DNA of 64,000 nucleotides from Sphyrna mokarran. Taxonomy: Eukaryota. The position numbers and the translations under genes are program-made. Numbering within the stretch: position 1 is the first letter of the stretch; each line of letters starts with the position of its first letter. A model generated the notes under the pieces. The model was not told the DNA's origin, did not search any database, and saw only the letters and a program-made list of their open reading frames with translations. Below are positions 51,336 through 64,000 of the stretch, one piece after another. The DNA is taken from the NCBI GenBank assembly GCA_024679065.1, contig JAGIQG010000009.1, forward strand, positions 101,060,001 through 101,124,000, in the 5' to 3' direction.

Positions 51336-53404
51336 TTTGGGTCTCCTGTCAATAGGGGGAAGGAAATATGCATCTACATTCTTGTCCTGGCCTGATCCAT
51401 CAGAATGGTGAAAAGAGTTTTCAACTCTCTTCTAAACCTCCAGAACTCGAAATATAATCCAAGCATCGTCCATTAAGTTTTTGCTGTTTGCATATATACT
51501 GAATCAATCTAACAAAGGTTGAATATTACAATAGCGAAAGTAAACAATTGCAATTATAGTGGTTGTTGAAAGTTCACAGTTCGTTACTTGTCTTTTTTTT
51601 CATTTACTTTTTTTTTATTTGTATCGGGAATTGTATTCCAGATACAATTCGGAAGCAGTATGAAATCGATATTTCAGTCGACATGCAACAGACCATAAGG
51701 GAAAACATAAAATCACGCACAACACTAAGTTTTCAAGTGTCTCTACTGCTTATGGTATCATGTAATACCAAATACATGATATCATAGATCTAAAAAAAAA
51801 TGTAGGTCATACTGATTGCTTCAAAACAGAGTGGATTTAAGAGTAATAAGTAATTGTTTGGTTGATCGTACATTTTCAGACGCAACCTCTATTTTTCGAA
51901 GCATTTTCTCACCAATTTCAGCAAGGAGTTTCTGCAGTCTGTCGGAGTCTAGTTCCGTGAAAAGAAACAATAACTTTTGCATTAAAGGGTAAATTGTTTT
52001 ACCAATCGGGAAGAAACGAAAAAAAAAACAATAGTATCAGAAAAATTGGATTTTGGGGGGAAAATCTAACAATTCAGAATCATCAAGACGCATGGTGAAA
52101 TAAGTAAAGTGGCGAATGTATGGCTAAACTGTTGAGAGGAATCTGCAAATAATAGAAATTCGATAAGCCACATTGGACGAGGGTCGGGAATCGTTTTTTT
52201 TTTGGCGACTCGATGAGCTATGGAATGTTTATTTGCCTTTTGGGAGTGCTGTGATGCTAAAGGCAATGGAAAGGAACACTTTCAAAAAAAAGGTTTACGA
52301 TTGTATGTCTTAAAAGAGCAAGATTTATCAGGACAATTGATAAAATGCAAAACCAAATTACATAAACATGTTTTCCATTTGTTTGATTTTTTGTTTAGTT
52401 CAGCTGTGGCGAGTGGAGTTTGTACACAATGAATAATCATAGGATAAGCTCTGAAACCAAGTAAGTGCCGATGCATCCACATCAGTGCTTGTGGAATATA
52501 TTCATGCTCCGTTTTATTATATCTTTGAAAATTTCACAAATTATGAGAGGCAGCATCTCGTTAAAAATACAAACATGTGCTTTCAAAGGTATGTGGGGCA
52601 TATAGAATCGTTCTTCAGGGCAAAGACCGTTTTCGACATAACTATACGGTCGAAGAATTTAAATGCTGTAAAGACAATTGTGGGAAAATCTTATTGCAGT
52701 GCCTTTCTGGTGCATTTGAAATCATAACTGAAGCAATTTAGAGACAATTTAATCCTCGTGATTGATTTCTTAAGGATCTTTTGCAATTGTGCATTCCACA
52801 ATTGGTTGCTACATTACTTTGACCAACGCAGGGATGAACAATTGGATATTTTGAAATTCTAGTTTAAATATTGCAACAGATATTTACTTTTTTTAGAAAC
52901 CACAAGGCCACTAATGTCGTTGTAAAATTTTGATGTGTCTTGCAAATCCTTCTAACAGGATAATAAAATTACCACGTCATATTCAGTTGACTATTCAGTG
53001 CAGAAAATATTCAGTGCAGTTAGGTATCCAAAAACTATTCAGTGCAGTTAGGTATCCTACTGTCCAGATGTTGCATGGTCTTTTAGATGGCGAAATATTA
53101 GCATTTGCTGGCATCAAATCTTTGATCTGACAGAAAATATCACACATCACTAACATAAATTAACGTGTGAAAATGCTATATTTACATTATATGATTGACT
53201 GTTCTACTTCTGCCCACGCTGCGAAAAATCACCTTCCCTGGCCATTTAACATGTCAACAATTTACATGACTAAATTTCACCAATTTCATATAATCGTTGA
53301 CCTGGCTATAGCTCAGAAGAGACAATTCCGTTCATTGAGAAAATAGCAAATCCGTGTAAGTGAAATCTAGCAAGATTTTCTTTTCCGTATATCTTAATAT
53401 ACGA

Positions 53405-53665
53405 ACATAGAACATAGAAAAAACTATAGCACAAACAGACCCTTCGGCCCACAAGTTGCATCGATCATATCTTCTATCTATTAGGATTACCTATTACCCT
53501 CAATCCTATAAAATCCCATGCACTCATCCAGAAGTTTCTTAAAAGACCCCATCGAATTTGCCTCCACAACCACTGACGGCAGCCGATTCCATTCACCCAA
53601 CACCCTCTTGAGTGAAAAACTTACCCCTGACATCTCCTCTATACCTAATCCCCAGAACCTTAAAC
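53405..53665 (-). mobile_element. CR1-like 3' tail
   Basis: gaacatagaacatagaa terminal repeat pattern and 3' tail. Confidence 0.7.
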
Positions 53666-54184
53666 ATTTCTTCGAGACAACATTGCACTTGTCTGTGAGT
53701 CAAATGACTGATGGTTGTGTTTACAGTGCTATTTCAGGCAGATTATTTGTTTACTTTATTTTGGTTTAGCAATGGAGGAAAAAAATTCAACTAGTTTTTC
53801 AAGAAGCTGAAGGACTTCCGTCCTGGTACCGCATTTAAATAGATTTTGCCTTCTCTCTAAATCCTTTGCAGCTTCAACTAAGTGTACAGTCCAGGATTAG
53901 GTACCACACCAATGTGTTTCATAGAGATTCAGGAGATCTGCATGCTTCTGCCATCTATGTCTCAAAATAAAACTCATAATGGTACGTTAAGTTAAAAAAA
54001 AACTCACAACTACCAGGCAAGGGGGAACACACTCCTACACCCTGTCCTTGAGAATTATGAACGCTACGTCCTAATGCTTCTGATCATTCATACCACCTCT
54101 GCTGCGGGAAATCACGTAGGAAGGCATACTTTCTCAATGTGATGAACAAAGATTTTGAGGGTGATGCGTGCATTAAGTTTGAGT

Positions 54185-54478
54185 TTTTAGTGTCACAAAT
54201 GGGTTGACATTAACACTGCAATGAAGTTACTGCGAAAATCGCCCAACAACTGCATTCCAGCATCTGTTTGAACACACTGAGGGAATATTTAGCATGTGAA
54301 ATGAACAGAACGAGCACGATTTTCGGACACTGACAGGACACCAGAACATCTGGAGGAAACCTAAGTAGCACAGGGAGTACATGAAGGCTCCAAACAGATA
54401 GTGACCCAAACCGGGAATCGATACACTGCCCCAAGCATTTTGAGGAAGCAATGCTAACCATTGTGCCTCCGTGTCGCC
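54185..54478 (-). mobile_element. V-SINE-like SINE
   Basis: Reverse GGCGACACGGAGGCACAATGGTTAGCA head. Its 3' end matches fragments at 16950-17020 and 25040-25100. Confidence 0.8.
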
Positions 54479-54603
54479 TAAAACAAAATGAAATAACATC
54501 ATGCCTGGGTAATTATTACGATTGAAATTTTCATTAATAATAGTATTGGTATTATATCCTTGGAAAATGATTAAATCTCCAAACTTATACTTAACTTCGT
54601 ATC

Positions 54604-54992
54604 TTATTTCAATTCCAAAATCATGTTCAATTTTTTTTTAAGACCTTCGGGAAATTTGGCTTCAACTTCTCCAGCTACCTCTCTTTGTATTTCGGCCTTA
54701 CTGTTCTTAATTTCATGGCACTTATAAGCCGTGCCTCTAGTTACCAATAGTGGCCAGAGAGTCATGGCCAGGCTGTAGAGATGTTTCGCATGACGAAGGG
54801 TGGTTTTGCAGGAATACACAGAGATTGACTATATAGAATTGCTTGGGATTGTTCAGGTCGCAATAGCCAGGCAAATGAAGGTTTTGCAAAAACTCGATTT
54901 AATTGGAAGAAGACTTCAACTTTTCAAGACTAATACTGACAAGCGTGAATAGTTGCCGATGAAATATCGTAGAGCTAGCGCCAATTTTATTC
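54604..54992 (-). pseudogene. RBL-like copy 1: N-terminal exon(s)
   Basis: IEFLQNLHLPGYCDLNNPKQFYIVNLCVFLQ aligns without gaps to p107 QALCQELNLDEGSAAEALDDFTAIRGNYSLE. After a frameshift, AKHLYSLAMTLW resembles p130 GNDLHWLACALY. Confidence 0.65.
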
Positions 54993-57294
54993 CTGTTTGA
55001 AGTGTGACACCTCTGAGTGCTAACTCCCTCCTCTAACATCCTGCCGTAAGTTTTAACATCGGAATATCCCGCACAGAAGAGTAACGGCACGCTGTATTCT
55101 TTGAATCAGCAGACCACCTTGTCCAATTAACTGTGAGTCAGATTGAGTCAGAATTACTTTTCACTCCTCGCCTCGATGACTTTGAAACTCACAGTCCGAA
55201 TATTTATTCTCATTACAACTGAGTACCACCTCCCCAGAATTCTGTCCACCCTATGGTCACATAGCATTGCCATCACCTGAGGACTTTGTACGCACATGCT
55301 GTGCTAAGAACCGTACTATCACTCATCACTGGGTTAACCTCGATCATCATACTAAACGAACTACGAAAAAATACCAATCTTTATCATGTCTTTCAGACTA
55401 TCTCAACTTTAAACCCAAGCCCTGATAGAAGTAACAGGACGTCTATTCGACTCTATCACCACTCTGAACGTACATTGGTATTAGGCAGTGCTTCCACCTA
55501 TGTATGCACTTGAATGTCCATCAGGTCCACGTACCCAAGACGCATAATCTTCTCAGCACAAGAAAGTGGCAAATCCTCAACCCCATAACGATCAGCTGAC
55601 TACCCAGACTCCTCGACCACCTGCCATCCCTAAATCCACCCTCAACAACCCCCGCCCCCCAACAGACCCTATCGCCACCACCCAAACTCCGGTGCCCGCT
55701 CCAAATACCTACACCCTCAACTTCAGCCAATGAAGGTTACCTTAAATTAACTCATAAAGCCCCTTGAACACCAGACAATTAAAAAGCCCCAAACTGCCCG
55801 AAATTCCCCGATTGATCCAAGGCACCTATCTTCTCTCCTGTCAAATTGACTGTAACTATTATTATTACGGGTTATGTCAGTTAGTAGCATTAAGAAAAAA
55901 TGAATTGTCACTATCCTATAGATAGAATAATGCAAAGGTAAAAAGAAACAATCTGCAGTACATTTTAAGGAGGCTTGTGCCGAAGGTCAAGGCTCCACAT
56001 ATTCTCCCCACCCCCCTCCCCTTACAGTAAGTGATAAAGAGAAAGTTGGTAATTGATGATGATTTTCTCTTCGGGTGCAGCTTAACTCTAATTCTGTCCT
56101 TTGTGTTTCCTCTGTCATGCAAAGAGATGTTTGCAAAGTTTAATAATATAGCTACAGTTTCAAGATATGAACCCCAATTAAAACTGGGCGCACTGTTTTG
56201 CAGGCGAGATAAGTTCGTAACCCACCGACAAAGAGCTCCATATTTAATCGAGATATGCTAGATTTTAGAAGTCAAATGAGTTGCATTGACGTTTTATCTA
56301 AAATGCAAGATAATTATATTCTGTGATAAAATGTTGGAATGTGAACTGAAAGTAACCAGATATACAGAACTCTTGTCGACGACGTGTGACGCAGACATCT
56401 GCCCTTACAAGTTTCAGGTTGATGACTGCAACCAGAAACAATATAAAGGAAGCGAGTTGATGCATTTTTCTGTCATCAAAACTGGCTCTGATTTATCATG
56501 TGTTATGGCTAAATACGTGAAGACAATAATTATTGCATTTGCAATAAAGAAAATTATGACTGATAGTATATCTCACCACTGATCTGACTTCTATGACATA
56601 TGAATGATGGTTATAGCGATGATAATACTAACAGAATAATGTTATTCATTTTATGTTCTTACTTGAACAGTTTAAAATTATTAAGAGTTCACTTCTACCA
56701 GTTCAAATAATATTTACGAGTTATGCGTGTCTACACGTGTATTTGCATGTGACGTCATGTTTATGCGCTTGTATTTGTATTCTCTATATGTTGGCTGTTT
56801 ACTTGTCTCATATATTAAAATATGCATAAAATTTCGCACTGCCTTTTAAACTTTCACTGATTATGTTCACATTTATGGGAAAGAGAAGAACTTAGGGCCA
56901 TCGATAAAAGGTGGTCGCCAAAAAATCCAGCTGGATATTCAGAAAAAGAAGCATGTATTTGGACATTGATGCGAAACTGCAATTCGCCATCGCGATCATG
57001 GTATCGAGATTGTTGTCAACACATGCAGAGTGAAGTCCTGGAAACATTTGAATGAGAAGAACTACGTTGGTAAATTTAGGTTTGAGAAAGTAGAGCGGAT
57101 TCACTAAAGCATAAACCATAGGGATTAATTAGGTTGAAAGCTATGTTTTCACACCACGGAACGCGTGTGCATTTCCATGCTTTCCTCTGGAGTCTATTCC
57201 GTGAATCATTCATATTAATATCAATCTCTCGTCTTTTTAAAGATAGGCCGAACTGTTATTACCTGAAAATTTTGGCGTCCTATGCTAGTGTAGC

Positions 57295-57335
57295 CTTTAT
57301 TGGCTTGACGTCAGAGCTAACGACGCCAATGCGTT
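57295..57335. promoter_or_regulatory. Candidate promoter module: CRE palindrome between two CCAAT boxes, upstream of RBL-like copy 1
   Basis: ATTGG at 57299, TGACGTCA at 57306-57313, CCAAT at 57326. Lies between the copy 2 3' end and the copy 1 5' end. Confidence 0.35.
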
Positions 57336-60300
57336 CTGACATCTTCGTAATGAAGCATATTAATTTTGATTAACTTTGTTGTTCCACTCCATTCCCCCAA
57401 TCCATCCAATACTTTCAACAAGAAAACTCACAAATGTACTAATGGTAAACAGACCAAAATCAACAGTTTAGTAATCTGATAAACGTTAAAGCACTGCGTG
57501 CATTACATGTGATGTTGGCTCTCACAGAATTACGGAGCACCGTAGGATAAATCGTACTCCGCTTTAGCTTGCGTACAATAATTTCAGCCAATACCGGCTG
57601 AAGCCGTTTGTTTTAATGACGCAAAACATGTTCACAGTTTGGAAGAACTTTCATACAGCTTTCAACATTAAATATGATTAACTGTGTTAAGTGAAAGAAA
57701 TTACAGACAACACATGTGATTTTTATCCAAACAAATCAGAGATATAACTGGTTATGTTGAGTGCATACCTGTAGAAGTCATTGTATCTTTTGATCAATGA
57801 ATAAAAACAAAGAGATTGTGGTTATTTTAAATTTGACCACATTTTCAAATACATTATATTTGCGCAATTCTACAGAATGCATTTTATTTATGAAAGAATG
57901 AAATGTTCCATTGAATTCTGTCTAACAATTCATTATGAATCCAGTTATTAAGTGGAGACGTCGATCACAATGATGATCGATTTCGATAAGCGGTCAGTGG
58001 CTAGTCAAATATAATTACTTTGTGATGACAGAAAGTGTTAGAAAGGGAAAATTACATCAAAGTATCATTGTTTTTCTTTTCCTCTTCGCTTTCAGTAATA
58101 TGCACTTAGTAACAATAAACCAGCACAGATTTGACACTGTCTTTCCAGAAAATTAATGCATAACAATGTCATGAGCGAGAGCACGTCTGCTTGGTCAGAT
58201 TCATCCAAATTAAATTAAAATAAGAAAGAAACAGAGAAATGTGAAACGTTAGATGAAAGGATCATTATACAAGAACATATTTTTTCGGAAAATATTACCT
58301 TTGCCTTTTGCTTTTCAATATTGTCCACTTGTCCAATTTCTTATACCAACTGCTTGGTATTATCCAGACCAAAGAACTGAAGAGGACTGGGCAGGCAAGA
58401 GACGATCCTGCTCCTCTGATTAATGCTCAGAATGGAAATTGTGCAACAGTAACTTACTTTCATGCAACAATGACACGAAGGATAGATTTTATTTTATGCA
58501 ATAAACACGATGAAACAAAAGTTCAATTTAGGAACTATTTTTCGTCTATGTTTCAAGTGAAACACCATATTTGAAGTTAAATGGAAAAGTGTTGTCAGTG
58601 AGATTGTCGTCAATCTGTGATCTGATACATTTGTTGACGTGGTCTGTAAATGCTGACGAAGCACTGGAATATTTGTGCAAATATCTAAAGAGTTTCCGTT
58701 CATATTCGAAGAGCAATATAATTTGTTTCCCCGCTATCACTAAAGAAATTCAGCAACCTATTGCATGTAATGCTTTGTTAATATGTTTCGTTCAAGATTA
58801 GCATATACTTCGTTTTTTAACCTGAAGTCAATCACTCGAGCACTTTACGGACCGTTGACTTTGTTTTGTTTTTACTCAGAGCCAGTTTGCTCTGGGGGTT
58901 GTTCAACACTTAAGCTGATAACTCGAATCCGCAAAATTTCGTTCTCTCCCGAATTTTATCAAAGCAGCAAAGAAAAAGGAAAGAAGAGCGCAACTCACCT
59001 TCACAGGATATGCTTCGTTGTTTGAAAATACAGATTTACAGATATCTAAGTTCTTATATATCAGGTTGTTGCCGGTAAGTAGAAAGGAAATTTCACAATT
59101 CACACTAAGATAAATTATTATAATGCTCCAAGTTTGACTCACCAAATCTGCAAAGGAAACAATTCTGCATGAAGAATTGAGGCCGAAAATACCGAAGGCG
59201 TTGTCCAATGTTGACAGCACCATCCGGGGAGCACAGCAATATTGAAGAGAGGGAAGCCTGAATTTTGCATTGCATTTATTATTGTGTAACCCAGATGCTC
59301 AAATGTGCAATAACTATTAAGTTGCTGCTCACATCCCTGTCAGGATATTCAAAAAATACGTGCATGCATGTTCCCAAGCCAATGCTTGCGATCTACCGTG
59401 TGTTATGATTTTTTTTTTCAATTCCCACAAGAAGATATTTATTTTGCTTATTCCAAATGAGTTAGGGTTAATGAAATGGTCCAGACCCCGCTAAATGCAG
59501 GTTATATATGCTAGTCAAAATTGCCTTTGCAGACAAAAAAAAATCATCTGAGAAAGCCATTACACAAGTAAGTCAAAACAATCCACGAAAAACAACCAGT
59601 GAATTTGCCTAATTTGTTTGGGGGTAAAATAATATTTCTTAAATAGCGAGAGGTTGGAACGGCTTATGTCCAAGGAGACATGCATTTCTATCTTCATTTT
59701 TAAAAGAACTTTACTATGCAGGGTTAGCCAGCAATTAGCGATAAAACGGTATTTAGCCGCCGCTGAAGTCGCCCAGCGATCGTCCAGCCATCGTGAAGGA
59801 GAAGCCGGAATGCAAACTAGTTAGAAAGATAAACTTATTAATTCCTGCAACCTAGGTGCGATTGCATTTGCATTGCTGTGTGCAGTTTGGGTTATTTTAT
59901 TATGTGAACGCTTGCATTTGTTAAATAGAACTTGCAATGGAACTATGCCAGACTGTCATAGATAATTATGATTTATCTAATGAATACTGATAAGGAAATT
60001 CTGAATTGTGTCCACTGAGAGATGAAAAATTTTTCGTGTGGTGGTAGTGATATGATATGTTGTCCAGCTGATGAGCTTAGAGGGGAAATCGCGGAATGCG
60101 GATGGCATTTTCAGAGTTAGCTGAGGAGCAATTTCTTCTCTCGGTAGCTGGTGAGTTTTTGAAAATCCTAAGTCAGTGCAAGTTCAGTCATTGACTGCGA
60201 TCAAAAGAGGTATCGACAGATTTCTCAATAATTGTGACAGAAAGGTATGTGGGCATAGTGGGAAAAAATATGAAACAAATAGTTAAGAATAATCCAACTG

Positions 60301-60919
60301 AACGGTAAATCGTGCTTCAACTGTAAAATGGTCTAGTCTTGTTCTTATTTCCTATGTTCATATCTTTATATCCAATTATTACACACTATTTGTCTAGAAT
60401 ACAGACGATAACCTGCCAACAAGTAAGGGATTCTCAAAGGATTTTTTTCTAAGCGTTGAGATATTTTGCGTAGCAGGTGAATGTTCACATTACACACGCC
60501 AACTCAATTAAAATATGCATTGACAATTGACAATTGGTCTCACCACCTTCAGTTTCTGAAAAAGAATCCGAAAGCATCACAGCAATATTAGTGAGCACGA
60601 TTATGATTTTTCCATACATGCATTCCATGCATTTCAAAATGTCTCAAGGAAATACTTTGGCATGAATATCCAACTGCTTTTTATTTTTTTTTTGTTTCAA
60701 TCTATTCGCATTCGTACATATATGGGGAAATGAATGAAAACAAAACCCTGTTTGACAAATGGGACACATCAAAGCTTTCACAAACGGTCATCTGGGCTTG
60801 AAACGTCAGCTCTTTCCCCTCCTTACAACTGCTGCCAGACCTTCTGAGATATTCTAGCGTTTTCTTTTTCTTGTTTCAGATTCCAGCATTCACAATATTT
60901 CGCTTTTATCTGGAGACAG

Positions 60920-61860
60920 TGAGTACATTAATTTTTGATGTTGCAAAGTTCCCCGGTTTCCAGAAATATTCCAGTGGATCGGAAACATACTAATCTGACA
61001 CTATTAATCAAGAAAAGAAAGATAAAATGTGAGAAATTATAGACCAGTCAGCTTGACCTCTGTAGTAAGAAAGCTGCCGGAATAAATTATTAAGGAGTAG
61101 GTGACTGAGCGTCTGGAAAAGCTAAGCTCAGTTCACTAGTGTCAGCCTGGGGTTCTGAAGGGAAAAAAATACTTCTTCGACAAACCTGTTAAAATTCTTT
61201 GAGGATATAACCAGTGAGATTAATAACGATGCTCCTTTAGAGGTGATCTATCTGGACTTTCAAAAGGCATTTTATAAGGTGCCATCCAGAAGACTGATCC
61301 AAAAGGTTAAATCCAAAGGGGCTCGACAGAATAGTGGCTTGGATTCAGAACTGGCTGACTGAAAGAAAGCTAAGGGTTGGGATACCCAGGTCCTTCTCCA
61401 GTTGAAAATCAGTAGCAAGTGGGGTCAGACCGTGTACAATTCAAAAGGAAAGAACAGGGGGTGGTGGAGGTGGATATTTGATTGAGGTGTATAAAATACT
61501 CAACGGGATTAATAAATTAAATCTTAACCAAATATTTACTATCCAGAACAGCTGAGATAAAATGCTATGGTCTTAGCATAATAGGATGGAGCTTCAAGAC
61601 AGAGATGAGGAGCAGCTACTTCTCACGGGAATTTATCAGTTGAACTCACTGCCCCAGGATGTAGTGGTTGAAGAATTAATTAATGGATTCAAAAACGAAA
61701 GATACAAAGAACTAATCAATAGTGAGATAAAGTGCAACAGGGAAAAGGGAGACAAGTGGAATTAGGAAAAAATGGAGGTCAGTCAAGATCATATAGAATG
61801 GTAGAGCGGGCTCGAAAGGATGAATAGACTCCTCTCGTTCCTAATTCCTACTTAATGTTA
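60920..61860 (+). mobile_element. CR1-like LINE RT and 3' end, internally deleted
   Basis: NYRPVSLTSVVRK, VIYLDFQKAFYKVP and 3' tail. Confidence 0.85.
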
Positions 61861-62569
61861 TCTGTGTTTTTAAAGGCTAGACATATTCAATTCTTAGTTA
61901 TAAATTAGCAACAATTTGTTTTACCTCTCTTATATCCAGAGAACAAATCTGCCACTTCTCCCGCAGCTGGGATTTTCAAGTCCCACAGAGGTGAATAGAG
62001 AATTGAACAACTGGCACATTTTCCGTTCTAACCGACAATGGAGACAGAGTGTGAAAAGTGGTAGAATTCTGGCCATAAGTTTGCAAACATATCGACAAGT
62101 TTAACATGGTTCACATGATTTATGTTCAATATAAACAAAGTATCCAAAGCAAACAAGACAAGTTTAAAAATATGGTAGATCGAATAAATGCACATGATTA
62201 TTACTTAGAGAAAACCAATCCTTTTTTTGTTGTTGTTTTTCTTTGAAAACTGAGGCATTATATTGACATGTCACATCACACTCATTTTCAATGTTTTGCC
62301 AGGTCACCAAACTGATGCTTTAAATTATTGACGACTATACCTTTATGTCTTTCCGCACAATTCTATATTTTGCATTATTTATATTTACCACTGATCTGCA
62401 CATTTTGATATGTTGCATCGCAAATAAGCTCCCCGAATTAAAAATAGCTGGCACTTACCTTCGCAGAAGTAAACACCACATGTTACTACATTTTACGGGT
62501 GTGAGTAAATTCGGCTCCTGGGCACCAGTCTATGTAATTACAAGAAATTGTCTTATTCAGGGTTATGCA

Positions 62570-62705
62570 TGATCTTTTGGGTGGAAACTATCGTCCTTAC
62601 TCGGCTTGTTTGCATATGACTCCACGCTCTCACCAATGTGATTGACTCTTGATTGCCGTCAGGAATGGCTCAGCAAGCTACTCAACTGTATTGAATCACT
62701 GCGAA
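62570..62705 (+). mobile_element. DeuSINE-like domain fragment
   Basis: Similar to the 36100-36230 Deu-domain (catatgactcc...caatgtgattgactctt). Confidence 0.5.
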
Positions 62706-64000
62706 GGGAGGGGGGGGGGGGGGGGCTCGAGGGAAATAAAACTCTGTGGACCATTCAGCATCGCCCTATGCATTGGGGACCACAATGCCAAACTCAGTCA
62801 AATCGGTCCTGTGAAGTGTTCCTTATTAACATATTTGCGTCTCTACCAAAGTTGGAGAAATGTCCCACAAGTTAGTCAAGAAACAACTGGATGAATTCAT
62901 GCTCGGAGAAAAATACCTGTAAGATAATCCCACACCTGAAAGATAATCCCCTAGATTTCACATCAGTATTCCTAGATACGCCATGCCCCACCGGTCTACT
63001 CAATAAATAATTGAAGGGGTCAAGAACATAGCTATTAAGGGGCACATTTTCACCAATAACTTGCTCACCAAGGTGAACCAACTCCTGGCATCATTGAAAC
63101 AGCCTTGGTTCAGACATGGAACATAAAATTAAAACACCAGAGGTGAGGGGCGAGTGACTGTCCTGCACAGTCAAGGAACATATAAAAAGTATAGCATCAA
63201 AAAGCCTAAACCAACCTGGAGTCTCCAGGATTCTCCAAGACAAGAATATTTAACTGTCACTACTTGATACTCAATGAAATTGTCTTGTCTTCCTGTCTGT
63301 TATCATTGACCAGAAATTGAACTCGATTTGCCATATAAATTCTGTGGCTAAAATTGCAGGACACAGGCTAGGAATCCTTTTGAAAAATAGAACGTTTCTG
63401 TTTCCTCTTGACTCCAAAAAGCCAGACAACCATCTACAAATTATCAGTTAAAAGTGGAATGTAATGCGCCTCAATTGCCTGGGACTCCTGGAGAATAGGA
63501 CTGCGGGTGCAAAGAAGCCTCAGAGATGGACATGGAGATTAAAAATGCTGGTCTAAACAGCAGCGCCCATATTCCATAAAATTAATAGGAATTGCAAGAT
63601 TTAAGAATCCATATGCCCCAGTGTGAAGTCAATTGATTTTGTGAAGGCATAATCAGACCTTTCTCGCATGATTCTGATATACTCCTACTTATTGTGAATC
63701 TTGTCTTGTCCGAGGTATGATGATAGCCGAGGCACAGCTTCGATTACGCATGGTTCCTGACATGAATCCGCTCATCTCGGCTGTTTTGGTATCTTACATC
63801 GGCATGTTAGATCGCGGACATTCCCTCTCACTCTCCAGCATAAACCCCTTAAAGCAGTTCAGGTCATCAAATCAGATCACTCATCATCTCATTGACTGAT
63901 GAAGCAAATTCCATTAGCTTACTTTCTGACTTTTGCTTGTGCATCTTTTGTTGTTCTGAGTTCTTGAGTCGCCAATTATTGGCAACTCAGTGGCTGTTCC

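Larger units (their letters stand above)
24482..55090 (-). pseudogene. Divergent retinoblastoma-family (RBL1/RBL2-like pocket protein) gene copy 1, multi-exon, disrupted
   Basis: More than 15 minus-strand blocks translate to motifs in the same order as p107/p130: N-domain (54.9-48.2 kb), pocket A (47.2 and 37.3-37.8 kb), spacer (37.1, 36.8 kb), pocket B (35.4-34.1 kb), C-terminus (34.0, 33.5, 31.9, 31.7, 24.5 kb). Many blocks have AG/GT flanks. In-frame stops and frameshifts are present. Confidence 0.8.
58494..64000 (-). pseudogene. Divergent RBL1/RBL2-like gene copy 2 (pocket A to C-terminus; 5' part beyond the window)
   Basis: Collinear motifs: LSSYLGQDKIH ~ LSGILEQDAFH (63.7 kb); MSEPRLFQ*CQELVHLGEQVI ~ RSEEGLSRDMVKHLNSIEEQIL (63.1 kb); IRGAYLRCN ~ RB1 YRLAYLRLN and SSII*SISLV ~ FSIIQCPELM (62.3-62.45 kb); AKVFP*DILKC ~ DKSFQNIMRC (60.6 kb); GG*IPFY ~ GDLIQFY (59.75 kb); PRMVLS ~ PRRIQLS (59.2 kb); YPVK|gtgagt ~ SPSK (59.0 kb); ICTNIPVLRQHLQ ~ ICPENHSALLRRLQ (58.65 kb). 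Confidence 0.75.

Noticed and set aside
52992-53058. Short tandem repeat TATTCAGTGCAG(TTAGGTATCC), superficially CRISPR-like
   Set aside because: The context is eukaryotic with only 2-3 copies and no real spacers; this is simple slippage duplication.

Overview
Eukaryotic DNA, most likely from a cartilaginous fish (HE1/V-SINE- and DeuSINE-like SINEs; CR1-, L2- and Rex1-like LINE fragments). I found no intact protein-coding gene, and most listed ORFs are spurious or TE-derived. Two systems stand out. (1) Minus strand, about 24.5-64 kb: two head-to-tail, highly diverged, intron-containing retinoblastoma-family (pocket-protein, p107/RBL1- or p130/RBL2-like) gene copies. Copy 1 (about 24.5-55 kb) keeps collinear remnants of the N-domain, pocket A, spacer, pocket B and C-terminus. 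Copy 2 (about 58.5 kb to the window end) keeps pocket A to C-terminus. Both have stops and frameshifts. (2) Plus strand, 1 to about 17.3 kb: a diverged tandem segmental array (period about 7.7 and 9.2 kb) of a multi-exon unit with a CpG-rich promoter, short 5' exons, a signal-peptide-like exon and an Ig-V-like exon, probably decayed immunoglobulin-superfamily receptor genes. All protein comparisons were made by eye against human sequences recalled from memory and need tBLASTn/HMM confirmation. TE boundaries are approximate.
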